From: Styela clava
Lineage: Eukaryota
Assembly (NCBI RefSeq): GCF_964204865.1
Contig: NC_135261.1
Span: forward strand, 10,788,001-10,852,000
Length of the DNA stretch: 64,000 nucleotides
Direction: 5' to 3'
Both the position numbers and the translations under genes were made by a program. Positions 13,958 through 26,104 of the stretch are shown piece after piece. Position 1 is the stretch's first letter. Each line of letters begins with the position of its first letter. The notes beneath the pieces are model-generated. The model saw only the letters and a list, made by a program, of their open reading frames with translations, made no database searches and had not been told where the DNA came from.

Positions 13958-14733
13958 TGTTGAGGATGATTTCCGGTAATAGTTATCTCTTTCATTCGCA
14001 TCTATTAATTCTGCTAGGTGACGACATAAAGTCAATTATCCTTTTTTCTGTATAAAAAAGCATGGTTTAAAGTGTTGCCACATATTGCCATTCCTATGTA
14101 CATATTTCGATGTAAATGTCACTTCACATTGGCGTTTGCATATTATCTCACCTATTTAGAATTGTGTTAGGTATAGGCTAATGATCCACTTTGATGACTC
14201 TTATTCTATTGAGATAATAATTTGTTATTGCAGTCTAGTGCCCTATCTTAATTGTCACTTTGCGCATATTGTGGCAACCTGTTATTGCGACAGTCTCTTG
14301 GTTCATCAGTGTTTGGTGAAGGAGCGTGATTTTTTATGCTGTAGCTTTAATGTTAACTTATAGGAAAATTAGGATTGTATTTTATGCAGAGATGTGTTAG
14401 GATAGGGATTAGTCATTAGGTTCATACTTCAAACTCTTTTATTGTGCATTTAGTTACATCTGTGTATCTAATCAATTAGGGTTTGGAAGCATTGTAGTCC
14501 AAACTATTTTAAATCACTTTACCTCACACCAGTGGCCACAATAGTGCTTATACAGTTGAGTGGACGAAATAAAGCAAGTGCGTTTCGTTACTGGGTCTGG
14601 TTTTGTGCATGAGAAATTCAGCGGCTGTCAGGTTCAGTGCGTCCAAACCCGGAAGGCAAGACCCCCCCCCCCCCCCAAATACTTGCTGAATGAAGTCAGG
14701 GTGTGTACATATATCTGCTTGTCATCCCATTCA
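13958..14733 (+). repeat. 3' LTR (776 bp)
   Basis: Direct repeat of the 5' LTR, except that a C15 run (14662-14676) replaces a short segment. Confidence 0.93.
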
Positions 14734-16237
14734 ATATGTGATAATTAATGTTATTCTGAACGCACATAACTGATAGTCGACTGGAAGATAAACAACAATA
14801 TTAAAAGCAAAATATAACACGTGTATTCCATGCCCTGGCATTCCCACTTCAGTGTTAATCGAAATCCATGTGCTTTGTGAACTTGTACTGTGTCAACAGT
14901 CTTTTTAATGGAATCCGTTATCAAATATTCGTTACATCTGACTTTGACTGTTCGTGTTATCCTCAGCTTTGATCGGTTTTCCACGATAAACTCAATTTGC
15001 GGTTTCAAAACTCTCGTTGTTTTGATAGGGACTTACTATTGCTGAAGTAAAGTCTTTGGGTTAGGTCACAAATCTTCATATAAAATTAGGATATTTACTT
15101 TCATAATGAAAGCATTAATCTAAAACAATAAAAAAATAGAACATATTTGTGTAATAGTATTACGAGAACGGAAAACATTGAATCCTAGCACTTGTTGAGG
15201 GGTCTGGAGATATCAACAACGTTTTGAATTCATCATTTTTCATTATTAGATTATCAACTCTTCTACAATTTGCCACTTGCTATTTTAGTGTTCATTTTTA
15301 TTGGAAGGTCTGCACAAGATTGGTCGCTGTCAAAAGAATAATACCCCAAACGAAAACCTGGATCAGGGATGATGAACCTTTTCAATGAATAGGTCAAATA
15401 TTTTATTTTTATCACGAGAAGAAGATTGCGGACCATAGTTATTTAATTTCCAATTAACAAAAAACTTGTCGTGCATCTTCCTCGCGAGTCTCATAATACA
15501 GATTTGGTAAGATATAGTTTTAAGCTCTGAACATGGAGCATTCATATCAGGACTGATGTAATTTCTGGTACTTGATTTTTTGAGTGTCTTGTACAAAATA
15601 ACGAATTCGAATGCACATGAATTACCGAAAAAAAATGTTTATAATGATATGGCAAGATTTTTCGTAGTTCCAAATGAATGGAATTGCAATTGCATCTGCC
15701 CTAAAAATCAAACTTGCTGTTCAATATGGCAGCCCGATATGCCCCTCACATTAGAAGCCGTTCAACAGACGATAAAGCATTGTTGCAGGTAGCTGCTTAT
15801 CGGTATACTGTACTATAATAGATTACTCATCGTTAGATTAATTTAAACCAGTTTTAATATCAATTTTCATCGTTGAAATGATAGCATGTTTTTGAACTAG
15901 TTTGTGACTTTGTATGGTTACCGAAAAATAGTGATGAGTCACAACAATTTATACCCAATTATGTGCAATAATTGAGGCACGGAGCGAGTTCACGAATAAG
16001 AAACGCGTTCTGTTGCGTTTATTCCCCGCCCGCTGCGTTGCAAAGTAGCTATTGTTTCATAAACAAACCGCCGTTTTACGTTTTCATTGAATAAAATAAT
16101 CATGAAAAATATTAGTTTTTTTGTTTGATGACCGATACTCTTTAAAAAACGTTGCGTCATACAGACTTATGTAGCTTATGCGCCTTATGTATGAAAAATC
16201 CCAATCTAAGCAATTTATTGACGATGCGCCTTATAAC

Positions 16238-16415
16238 CAGTGGTGGGGTTCAGCCGGTTTGCATCGGTTCTATAGAACCGTTTCGCGGAATTTCATGAGA
16301 TCAGCGAACCGGTTAACATTACTGGTTACTGTCAATGTTCTGTTTGTAACAGAACCGGCTGAAAAATAAGACTTTTGTGAGGGAACCGGCTGACAAAATT
16401 TGAATCCCACCACTG
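16238..16415. mobile_element. hAT-type MITE, 178 bp
   Basis: TIR cagtggtggggttca / tgaatcccaccactg, perfect 8-bp TSD CTTATAAC (16230-16237 and 16416-16423), and repeated subterminal aaccgg motifs. Confidence 0.88.
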
Positions 16416-17453
16416 CTTATAACCCCGGTGTAGCTTATGGTAATTATTATTATTCTCTTGAGCTAGCCACAGGTTTCCTTTTAAAAGTCACGATGGATAA
16501 TAGTGAGTAAAATAAAAACAATACGACTCGAAAACCTTTAAGTTCATGGACGCCAAGTTTAAAATGGGCGATATATGAAATAGTCTACATACATCAAATG
16601 CGTACTTCCACAAGGCTCCATTCTTGGCGTGCTACTATTCTTATGTTATATAAATGGAAACAAAATTTAATTATAAATAGTTATATTCACTTCCATTCAA
16701 AATATGGCATTCTTAGTTCAGGTTTAGCAGCAAAGAAAAAGTTTAGTTACAAGGATTACTTTTACTTCACCCGTATTCACCAATATGCCACGAGATTCAC
16801 AATATGTCCCTTGCGAAGTGCAATAATATGATGAGTTACGAAAAGATTTTGATATTTTTCAGCTATAGTAACAAAACCCAATTTGGATGCTTGTACAACG
16901 GGTTGTTCAAAGTGAAAGGCATGAAAATGCACCATATAAAATAAACACATAGGGTTATGCGTTAAAGGCAGTATTGCTTTCGTCTGGGGAAGCGTTATAT
17001 CCGTTCTTATTGTCGTAAATTTATACCACGCGGATGTTTGTAGAATGTGAGTAATTATTAAATAGTGCCAGAATTATCATCACGCCAGAATTGGGATGCT
17101 TGATATATATCTAAAATTATACAATTTTCCATGAAATTGAATGCACGTAATTTATGCTGCCATATTTTGTTAATTCTCTTTCCAGAAATAAATAGGAAAT
17201 CCTATTCGTGCAATCGACAAAACATACATGAATAATCAGACACAGGAACATACGTTGAAACAGATATATATATATATACTAGCTTAGTTTCTAGTGATAT
17301 CAGTACCCAGATGGTTCAGCAGTCTAGAATTTATTAATTATGCTGAATTTAATAATTTCAATCATAGGATTTTTGAAGAGAAACGTTGAAGCGCTATATG
17401 ACTGAAATTTGAGTGTTTAATAATTTTTGGTTTATCTGTGTGAACACACGATT

Positions 17454-18786
17454 AACAAGAGAGCTATGCTCAAATATATGGACACGTAGAGTCACATAAT
17501 TTTGATGACGTCATAGCGAAAAAAAAAGTAATAGCCTTCTGGAGAAAATTTTTATCTTTAACCACTAAAAATTTCAAAGCAATTGGTCCAGTATTCGAAG
17601 AGAAAAGCGACTTTTAAAAACGTGTCAAGCGGTACTGAGTTAGCAGTCAGGCAGCATCTTACCTGTACACTGTAGGCCATATACGGTAATTGATCACAGA
17701 ACAGTTGTTCCCTTGCAAATTTTATGTTGTTTACACTTTAGGACAGATAATTGATCACAGAACAATTCTTCCCTTTCAAATTTTATGTTGTTTCCAGTAG
17801 ACTCTCATCAAAATAAACAAATATAGTAGGCTACAAGTGCTACAACGCTTGCATTACTGCACTGGTAGGACCGTGAAAGAATAAGTTACGGTAATTTCAT
17901 TGTGGTAAGACACCGGTACCGGCACCAGTACCAGTATCGTACTTACGTACTGAGCTACCAGTACCGGTTAGCAGTCAGCCAGCATCTTACCTGTACACTG
18001 TAGGCCATATACGGTAATTGATCACAGAACAGTTGTTCCCTTGCAAATTTTATGTTGTTTACACTTTAGGACAGATAATTGATCACAGAACAATTCTTCC
18101 CTTTCAAATTTTATGTTGTTTCCAGTAGACTCTCATCAAAATAAACAAATATAGTAGGCTACAAGTGCTACAACGCTTGCATTACTGCACTGGTAGGACC
18201 GTGAAAGAATAAGTTACGGTAATTTCATTGTGGTAAGACACCGGTACCGGCACCAGTACCAGTATCGTACTTACGTACTGAGCTACCAGTACCGGTACCG
18301 AACCTGTAGGTCTGATATTCCGTTCCGCATACGATAGGCTATAAAACTTGCATTGCAGCATTAGTAATACCGCGGAAGGAATAAGTCAATTTCACTGCGT
18401 TACGGTACCTGTATGGCAACTTACCAGTACCGACCTACAGTAGCTGTAGTACTGAGCAAGACAATCGATCGCGAAACCGCTTGAAATAAGTGTAAAACAG
18501 TGTTCCCATGAGTAAAAATAAATACCGCGAAATTTTGTATGAAATATCATATCTCATAGGATTCATATAAAATTTAAGAATAAACAAAAGTAATAGCCTT
18601 CTAGCGAAAAAATTAATCTTTAACCACTGAAAATTTCAAAGCAATTGGTCCAGTATTCGAAGAGAAAAGCGACTTTTTAAAAACGTGTCAAAGAACAAGA
18701 ACAAGAACAAGAACAACAAGAACAAGAACAACAACAACAACAACATAATATTGAAACGATCGTTATGTCCACTACGTGTCCAATAA
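17454..18786 (+). mobile_element. Helentron/HINE-like non-autonomous element with internal duplications
   Basis: 11-bp subterminal inverted repeat tggacacgtag (17479-17489) / ctacgtgtcca (18772-18782), a 3' (aagaac)n/(aac)n microsatellite, and a ~105-bp core repeated at ~17524 and ~18586. Confidence 0.6.
17641..18296 (+). repeat. Near-perfect tandem duplication, 2 x 328 bp
   Basis: tagcagtcag(g/c)cagcatcttacc starts at 17641 and 17969. Each unit also contains a ~60-bp internal repeat (taattgatcacagaaca...). Confidence 0.92.
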
Positions 18787-19612
18787 TGATTTTAAATTAC
18801 GGAACCGTGAATTAGTGGGATATAAATAGGCAGCAACCGATTGTTTTATTTTATCAAAGTGAAATCACACACACACATATATATATGAGTCAAATCACGA
18901 ATGGTAATCGATGATACATGGAGATAACACGAAAGCGAAAATGTTATTTAGGCACATACAACATTCACAATTATGTCCACTCATAATTTGTATTGTGGTG
19001 AACAATAAAAACGTTTAAGAATATACAGGGAAAATTTCGTGTAAGCGATAAAATTTACTTGGACGACTTATTGAGTGAAATTTGCATTCCTTTTCATACA
19101 ATTTGCTTCCTTCCGTGCAAAAATTGGCTGAATGATAACTGACAGAACAATCAAGGTTTCTTTGCACCATATGGTTAAAGACGTCATCATATCAATTAGT
19201 GAACAATGTAGTCAACGCATTCAAAGCCAACCAAAGTCAACGTACGCAGCTTTTATCGCAACGAAGTTGCATCAAATCATAAGTACTTTATAGGGTTTGA
19301 TATCAGAAAGTTAAAAAGTCTTCAACGACGCAGAAAGATATTGACATTACTATAGAATTAAACGAATAGATCAGTTTCAGACAGACATTGATTTGCATCG
19401 TCGGAATGTTTACTTACGTGTTCAGAATATAAAAAGCAGACGACATATGCTTATCTGAAACCTTCAAGATATTGAAAGGAATTTCCACGGACGCTCACGT
19501 AAAATAAACCCATTATCTCGTCTGGGGTTGAAATAAAACCCCATTTTATACTTAGATATATTTCAATTTTGTTTTAAAATACATACCACAGAATATAAAG
19601 TTAACAATTGCA

Positions 19613-22600
19613 ATGAAGATGGATTTTGCATTTTTGTTATGTCTTGCTTCAGTATTTTGTGTAGCCAAGTCTGATGACCCTCCAGGACATCTACAACCTC
19701 TCGGCTCCCATATGCCTCCTATTAAAATCGATGTGATCGATACTCCACCCAATCCACAAGAATTTTTTGATAAATACATTAAAGTCAATAAACCAATCGT
19801 CATCAGAGGAGCGGCAAAAGTTTTTAGCAATTTCAATACTTGGAGAGACGATGATTACTTGAGGTAAGATGTTCATTTTACCGAGAGAAAATGATATTGT
19901 CATATTATTATTGACCTAACTAACAGTTAGGTCAATAATAATAACTAATAATAACTAGAATATCGCTTAGAAACCGAAGACTTATCGATCGAAGGTTAGG
20001 GCATCCCCCAAAACAGTGGTCTTACTCCATAGTGACACCGTGTGTCCCATCACTATTTAAATAATAACTCGCTAATTATAAGACATAATCCATCCAAAAT
20101 CATTCTGATCCGAGCTATGATGAATGCACATGCAAAATTTGGAGCAGATTCAACCTCGCTTTCGTGAGATATCGCGTGCATCTAACACACAGACAAACAG
20201 ACAGACAAATACCTATCAACATACTTACCGATCATAAGATCGATAAGTAATAATAATACCTAATAACTAACAGGGGTTACGTGAAACTAACTACCTTTCC
20301 TTGATCTATGCCTTTGCGCAGGTGGATACTTATGCGTATAACGCAAGGATGCAATAGCAAGAGTGAAAATGACTATTCTATTTAATTCAAGAGTCTTGCT
20401 GCACACGTACACAAATACATTTCTGTAACTTTTCGTCTGATCAAGCATTTTACAACTAGAAATATATTTGTGTAAGTGTGCAGCAAGGCTCTTGAATTAT
20501 TATTGACCTACGTTAATAAATATGGATTTGCATTGACACATGCTTGTATGCATACCTTTATTCCGAACAGCTGCCAGACACAAATTTGTCTATTAATTGA
20601 GTGGGTATTTTAATTCTAGGTTTTGGAAAGTATCCAAACTAAATTTCAAAATTATGCCTTCCAATTTCAAATGTATTTTTTAATTAATTATCATTTTCTA
20701 TATTGCCGCCAGTAATTCACAAAAATCTATCTTTTACAAATGTTTTTGTCATTGATTTTGCTCATTTAAAATGTTGCAATGAAATGTTATTAACCGCACA
20801 AAGATTACTAGTCAACGTAGCACAAAGTTACTTGGACGCTTGAGCTTTAGATTTAATGCATCCGTTGCGGTAGGCACAACGACATTAGTCAACATCATCA
20901 ACATCAACAACACAGGCATCTTTTTTTACAGTGGTATAGGACAGTGGTTCCTAAACTTTTTTTCGCGGCCCCATTTTTATAAAATCGAAAACCACAGATA
21001 TTCGCGACACCACAACAAGAAAAGTTGAATTAAAAAAAAGTGTTTTCTATTCAACTATCTTAATGCGAACAATGCGCATAGATATCGTGTGTACGTGTTT
21101 GAAACCTGGGTGCGGCGTTGTTGTATTATAGTTCCCAACCTTTTTACATTGGCCGATAGGTAACCTCAAATAAAACGACCCCCCAGACCGGTAACAAAAT
21201 ACAGGAATCAATGATACAGATAAAAAAATAACCTTTGTTGCAGTAGAACACTTCAATATTTTGACAAAAAAGAGTTCGAACAAAAAATTTCCGATTGAAA
21301 TCAAATATGAACCATTACATTCACGTGGACGATAAACATTAGTCCGACGAAACGTCAAAAAAAATGGGGAATCCTCAGAAGATTCGATAACACATGACAT
21401 ATAAAAATCGCAAAGAAAAAAACCGAGATTCGCAATATAATAACGGAACATTAGGTCTTTTGGCAATACGTAGACAGACTTCAGACATAAAATGTGGTAG
21501 AAAAAGCGTGAAGAGAAATAGTAAGATTGCTTCTAAATACGGATAAATTTGAAAGTTTTTTTAGTTTTCAGTCTAAACATGGTCAGTCTAGGTTTCATGC
21601 TAAAATATTATGAATTGCTTAATTAGTAATTCGAAAGTAAAACAAAGAACGGAAAAAAAAATAAACATGTACGAATTCGTCTGGGTGCTTGTCATTGATG
21701 CTTAGAATTTTTTTTCGTGTTGCTCTAACTCTAAGGAATTATGTATACATGCAACGCTCTTTATATTATTAATTTAGGGCATTTATTTTTATGTCTAAAT
21801 ACAACAATGCAACATTGTTTGTTCACTAGTGTAGGAAAATGTACACAATTTACTTTATAACGAATAATTTCACATATACAGTTATTAATTCATTTCAAAT
21901 AACTTAATTTGTTTAAACAATTTCTACACCACAGAGAAAAGTACGGTAAATGGATAGCTCCAACAGAAATCGGAAAATTTGAAGCTCAAATATACGGAGA
22001 AATTGTAGAGATGAAATTTGCACGTTTTCTGAGAAGCTATAAAAAGCGAGAACTCTGCATAATTCGAGACATTGTGCCCAAAAACCCAATGAGAGGTAAT
22101 TATATCACTACGTTCGGTAATAAATTTTTGTACTCATATATTGATCAAATTTTTTTCGAGAAAAACACCTGCTGGTCACTTACAAATATATGTAATATAT
22201 TCTAATAAAATACTTACTCTTCTTAGACGAACTATCTTTTATAAAATCTATGTCGTGTGGTGGATTTCAAGAACGGATTTCGAAGGTGATATTTCTATTT
22301 TCCTCCGGATCTGCTCAATCGGCACTACATTGGGATATGCAAGAAAATATGCACTGTATGCTTGATGGTACGAAGAATTGGACAATTATTCACAGGGTAG
22401 ATATTATTGTTCTTTGTATAATAGGTAAATAGGCGAAACAAATAGTATAAATTAGGAGTTTATTGAATTTCGAATTTGCCACCAAATATTTTTTTGGTGT
22501 TTGGAAATTGACTGGGTGAACTGGTTTTACATTGTTTGATCACGCATCGACAGCGACAAGCTACTTATGCTAACAACACGTATTTTCATGCCACTTTTGT

Positions 22601-25600
22601 CCTCCGTAAATGATGGTTCTTACGTGCCGCTTCAGTGTAGTATTCGAGCGTTTTAAATGTGTTAAACTATATTATAATACCGGTAGTAATAAGTCAGTAG
22701 AAACTAGATTGGTCTGTTCTAAAAGAATTTGGCTGTTTTTCCAAAGCAACATTTTATAACGAATGAGTATAATTTCAACCAGGGATGACCAATTCGAATA
22801 AAGTATTCGAATGTATTCGAATATCTCGTCATTCGAATATCGGAATTAACGTTTAAAAAATATCGGATTTTGTGTGACGTCACACATCTGCGACACGGCT
22901 CTCAAAGCGTCTATATTAAATGGTAACTTTCTCGATAGAAACTTACGCATCGCACACACACTCAGCACATGCGCGCTTACGCCACGCTCTCGCCACAAAA
23001 ATCTAGGTCATACACGTTCTCTCGTTTTGCAAAAATCTATTCTTTTCCCGTCTTATTTTATCGTCGCTCAACGCGTGCTTTCTCAGGCGCACGCAACAAC
23101 AAACCAGGTCAAACTATATTATTTCATTCTCTTTCAGCATTTCATTAACTGCGTTCTTTTTACTGTACATAAACACAATTACGCATTGGTAGATTTAAGT
23201 TCTGCGCTACTCATAATAACAATACGGTACACATAAATTAATATATATAAATATACTGTAGGCTTAAATATTAGAATTTGTACAGAGGCCTAATGGATAT
23301 TGGATCGTTGTCGCTTGATTCAGTTGCCTTTAATGCCAATGAATTTTATTACTCTCGCAAAATATACAAAATTATTTAAATACAAAAAGTACTTTTGCCA
23401 ATAAATTATTATGGTAATATCATGGTTCCAAGAACACAAATCATCAAAGAACTCTTTGGCTATCCTTTCATTCGGCCAATTATACAAAGTATACAATTTC
23501 AATTAATTTACTTTGTCACAAGTTGCTAATATTTCTAATGAAAGTTATAAACTATAAAATAATTTGTGTACATATACTGTTGGTTTGTGGCTTTATTCTG
23601 ATATTTCTATTGGAGCTTATTTCCTATTTTACTGGATATTAATTTACTAAAACAAAAATTTGTATGTCTGATTTTAGAAAGTATTCGGAATGCCAGATTC
23701 GAAAATATTATTTTAGAATGTATTCGGAATAGTTCAGTATTCGGAAATGCCATCCCTGATTTCAACAAACTATATATAATATCCATCAATGATTCGATGT
23801 CGCAAACTATATTGTGTTCACATTTGAATAAGTTTATTGAATTTATTATAACAGAAAGATCGACACATACTCCCGGAAACTGATTATTCGCCCGTATATT
23901 CTGGAATTGATCCAAGAAGTGTTGACATGTACAAATATCCCGTAATGCAAGATATGCCTTGGTATCAAGCTTCCGTTGAAGCTGGAGATTGTTTGTTTGT
24001 TCCAAATAAGTGAGTAAAGTTTTTCATTTAGTAATTTTGATATACAAAATATCTATACCGTGCGCATATAACTAAATATATATTTTTAATTAGCGCACCG
24101 CACTACGTGAAATCAGGAGATTCGAGGAATATGGCCTTTTCTATCTGGTTCGATGCCCCGAGATCGCTCAATCTAACAGACTGTCCGGAAAATGAAGCAG
24201 ATTTACCTGACTCTGTGCCAATTGGCCAAAGCGTAATATCAGACTTGGAAAGTGTAAAGTATGCAATAATACGATATTTCAATAAAACATTATCATTATG
24301 ATTATATGGTAGTTGCTTATATGCAATATTATATTGCAATTTTGTGGAACCTCATTAACCTAACTACTGTCTGGCGAAAGTCACGGATCACTTTGAGAAA
24401 CCTCATTAGACGTAACCATACGCTTAATGAAAGCATTGTTTGTTCGACGACAATGAAAGTATAAGCACACTCCTCAGTGAATGATAAAGTAACTGCGTAG
24501 CAAAATTGGTTTATCCCCAATATATAACAGTATCTTTTGAAGCAAACTTTATGATAAATATATTCGAAAATTTTCAGAAAATTTACTACTTATTTCCGCA
24601 TTTACCAAAATGTTCGTTTTTTATTGAAATTGCAATATATTCGGAAGTATTAAAAGGAAATTGTAATGAGAGAAAAAGATAATTCATTGGAAGTTATTTA
24701 TACTTTTAAACTCTTTTGTCTTTACTCTTACCGTATTTGAATAATCGCAATAATTTGTTGATCACTCAGAAGAAGAAAATTACCTTCTAGAAACCTAAAT
24801 TCGGGCTGATTTCATTGCATAAGCACCAAACTTTATATCTTATACCAAAGTTCAGTGAAATAATTGACTGGTCTTGTTTATTGTAATTAAGGGCATTTTT
24901 GTATACAATGATTGATGATCGTACTGATAGACTGTCCGTCATCAAGTTTACCAAAATGGTTCACGCGTTTGGTGCGGACGAGGAGACTTCGTCGGATCTT
25001 CGTGACGTACTCGATAAGGATAAAGACGGTGAGTTAATGTTACCTAAATGTGATATCGTATTTCGAGGCACTGACTAATGGTTATTTATTTAAAATTAAA
25101 TACTGTCTTGTATTCATCATACTGTTTTAATTTTATGAGCATTCGGAACATCGCGGCATTATAAAGAATAACGTCACATCTCACAAATCTATTACCAACC
25201 ATGTATAGGGTTCATGCTGTTGTTCCCTAAACTCCGCGTGCCGAGACTGTGCTTCCTTATTCCTGTCCGCTTTCAAGTCTCTAGTAAAATGTGCAAGTTT
25301 TTTGTTGTATGTTGTATTAAAATAGCGACGTTATAAAAGCAAAAAATAGATATCAAACAGTAAAATAACTTAACTCAAAAATGAGGCAGTAGTAGGTGCG
25401 TGTCGCGAGAGATCCCCGAGTTGAGTGTGGTAACTTTCTTATTCAAAACAGAAGCCAAAACGTGGCAGCGCGACACAGGTCATGTGACCCGAGCCTAGAT
25501 GTCGCTATACATGAAAATTGATCTGAATTGTGCTATTATAAGCATATGAATGGAAAAATTATAGTGTCAATGAATGAAAAGAAACGGCCTTGTTAATTAA

Positions 25601-26104
25601 ATGCTTTCAAAATAGTTCTCGAGCTTGTTTAACTTTGAACTGAACTGCGTGGTTCTTTGTATCTAATATATCATACTATCGTGGTATTTCAATTAGATAT
25701 TACTCCTTGATAAGTTTCCGTATATGCCCTGATAAAGTTTTACTGTATAGAAATGTAGAAAGTCGCGAATTACATTGTTTTTCAAACATCGTCTTTGCTC
25801 CATATATCCTCAAAGTGTCGTGCATATTGAGTATGCAAGATTCCAAATGTGATAAACAAACTGCAGTGGCGTTGCTGATTCCTAATTTTTTTAAGTTTTT
25901 ATTCTCTTTCATACTGAACATTCAGGCAGCATATTTTCATAAAATTACACGTCTTAATATTGTGCAGGTTTTATTACCGAAGAAGAGATCGAAGCTATAA
26001 CAGATGTCACCGATGAGATGTGGTCGGGGCTTTTAGATGAAACAGATGAATACAAAGAGGTAGAAGACTTCAGGAAAAGTAAAAAAGAAAAAGATGAACT
26101 ATAG
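19613..26104 (+). CDS. J1: ER-luminal JmjC (cupin-8) oxygenase with EF-hand and KDEL, 7 exons, 391 aa, intact
   Basis: Exons 19613-19863, 21935-22095, 22227-22396, 23855-24009, 24094-24258, 24892-25028 and 25968-26104; all GT-AG, total 1176 nt, in frame. Hydrophobic N-terminus; PQEFFDKYIKVNKPIVIRGA; LHWDMQENMHCMLDGTKNW; AGDCLFVPNNAPHYV; DKDKDGFITEEE; ends KKEKDEL*. Confidence 0.92.
19954..20250 (+). mobile_element. ~300-bp Helentron/HINE-like repeat, copy 2, in J1 intron 1
   Basis: Subterminal IR acttatcgatc (19980-19990) / gatcgataagt (20238-20248), 3' hairpin and acag microsatellite. Absent from intron 1 of the paralogues. Confidence 0.75.
22780..23758. mobile_element. Non-autonomous hAT element (979 bp) in J1 intron 3
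   Basis: TIR cagggatg / catccctg, 8-bp TSD ATTTCAAC (22772-22779 and 23759-23766), and subterminal attcg(g)aat repeats. Confidence 0.88.
25204..25509. mobile_element. 306-bp insertion in J1 intron 6
   Basis: Absent in J2-J5 (empty site accaacgatgaaaat). Flanked by CATG on both sides, with termini tatag...ctata. Confidence 0.65.

Larger units (their letters stand above)
11045..14733 (+). mobile_element. Non-autonomous BEL/Pao-type LTR retrotransposon (gag retained, pol deleted), 3689 bp
   Basis: Two near-identical TG...CA LTRs, a 5-bp TSD ATATG (11040-11044 and 14734-14738), a purine-rich ggggccggtg just before the 3' LTR, and a gag ORF with BEL-type motifs. Confidence 0.93.

Noticed and set aside
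11268-14363. Identical 60-aa ORFs at 11268-11450 and 14181-14363
   Set aside because: They lie inside the two LTRs; identity reflects LTR duplication, with no evidence of coding function.
12194-18296. Repeats considered as CRISPR-like arrays
   Set aside because: No unique spacers, eukaryotic context and no cas genes; they are a coding repeat and a TE-internal duplication.
19267-19486. TTGCATCA (C/EBP-ATF-like, also at 56658) and aGGAATTTCC (kB-like) upstream of J1
   Set aside because: Short motifs expected by chance. The first lies in a generally conserved duplicated block and the second is not kept in J7.
20941-21150. cagtggttcctaaac / gttcccaacc hAT-Charlie-like termini in J1 intron 1
   Set aside because: Probably MITE fragments, but I could not locate a matching end or TSD.
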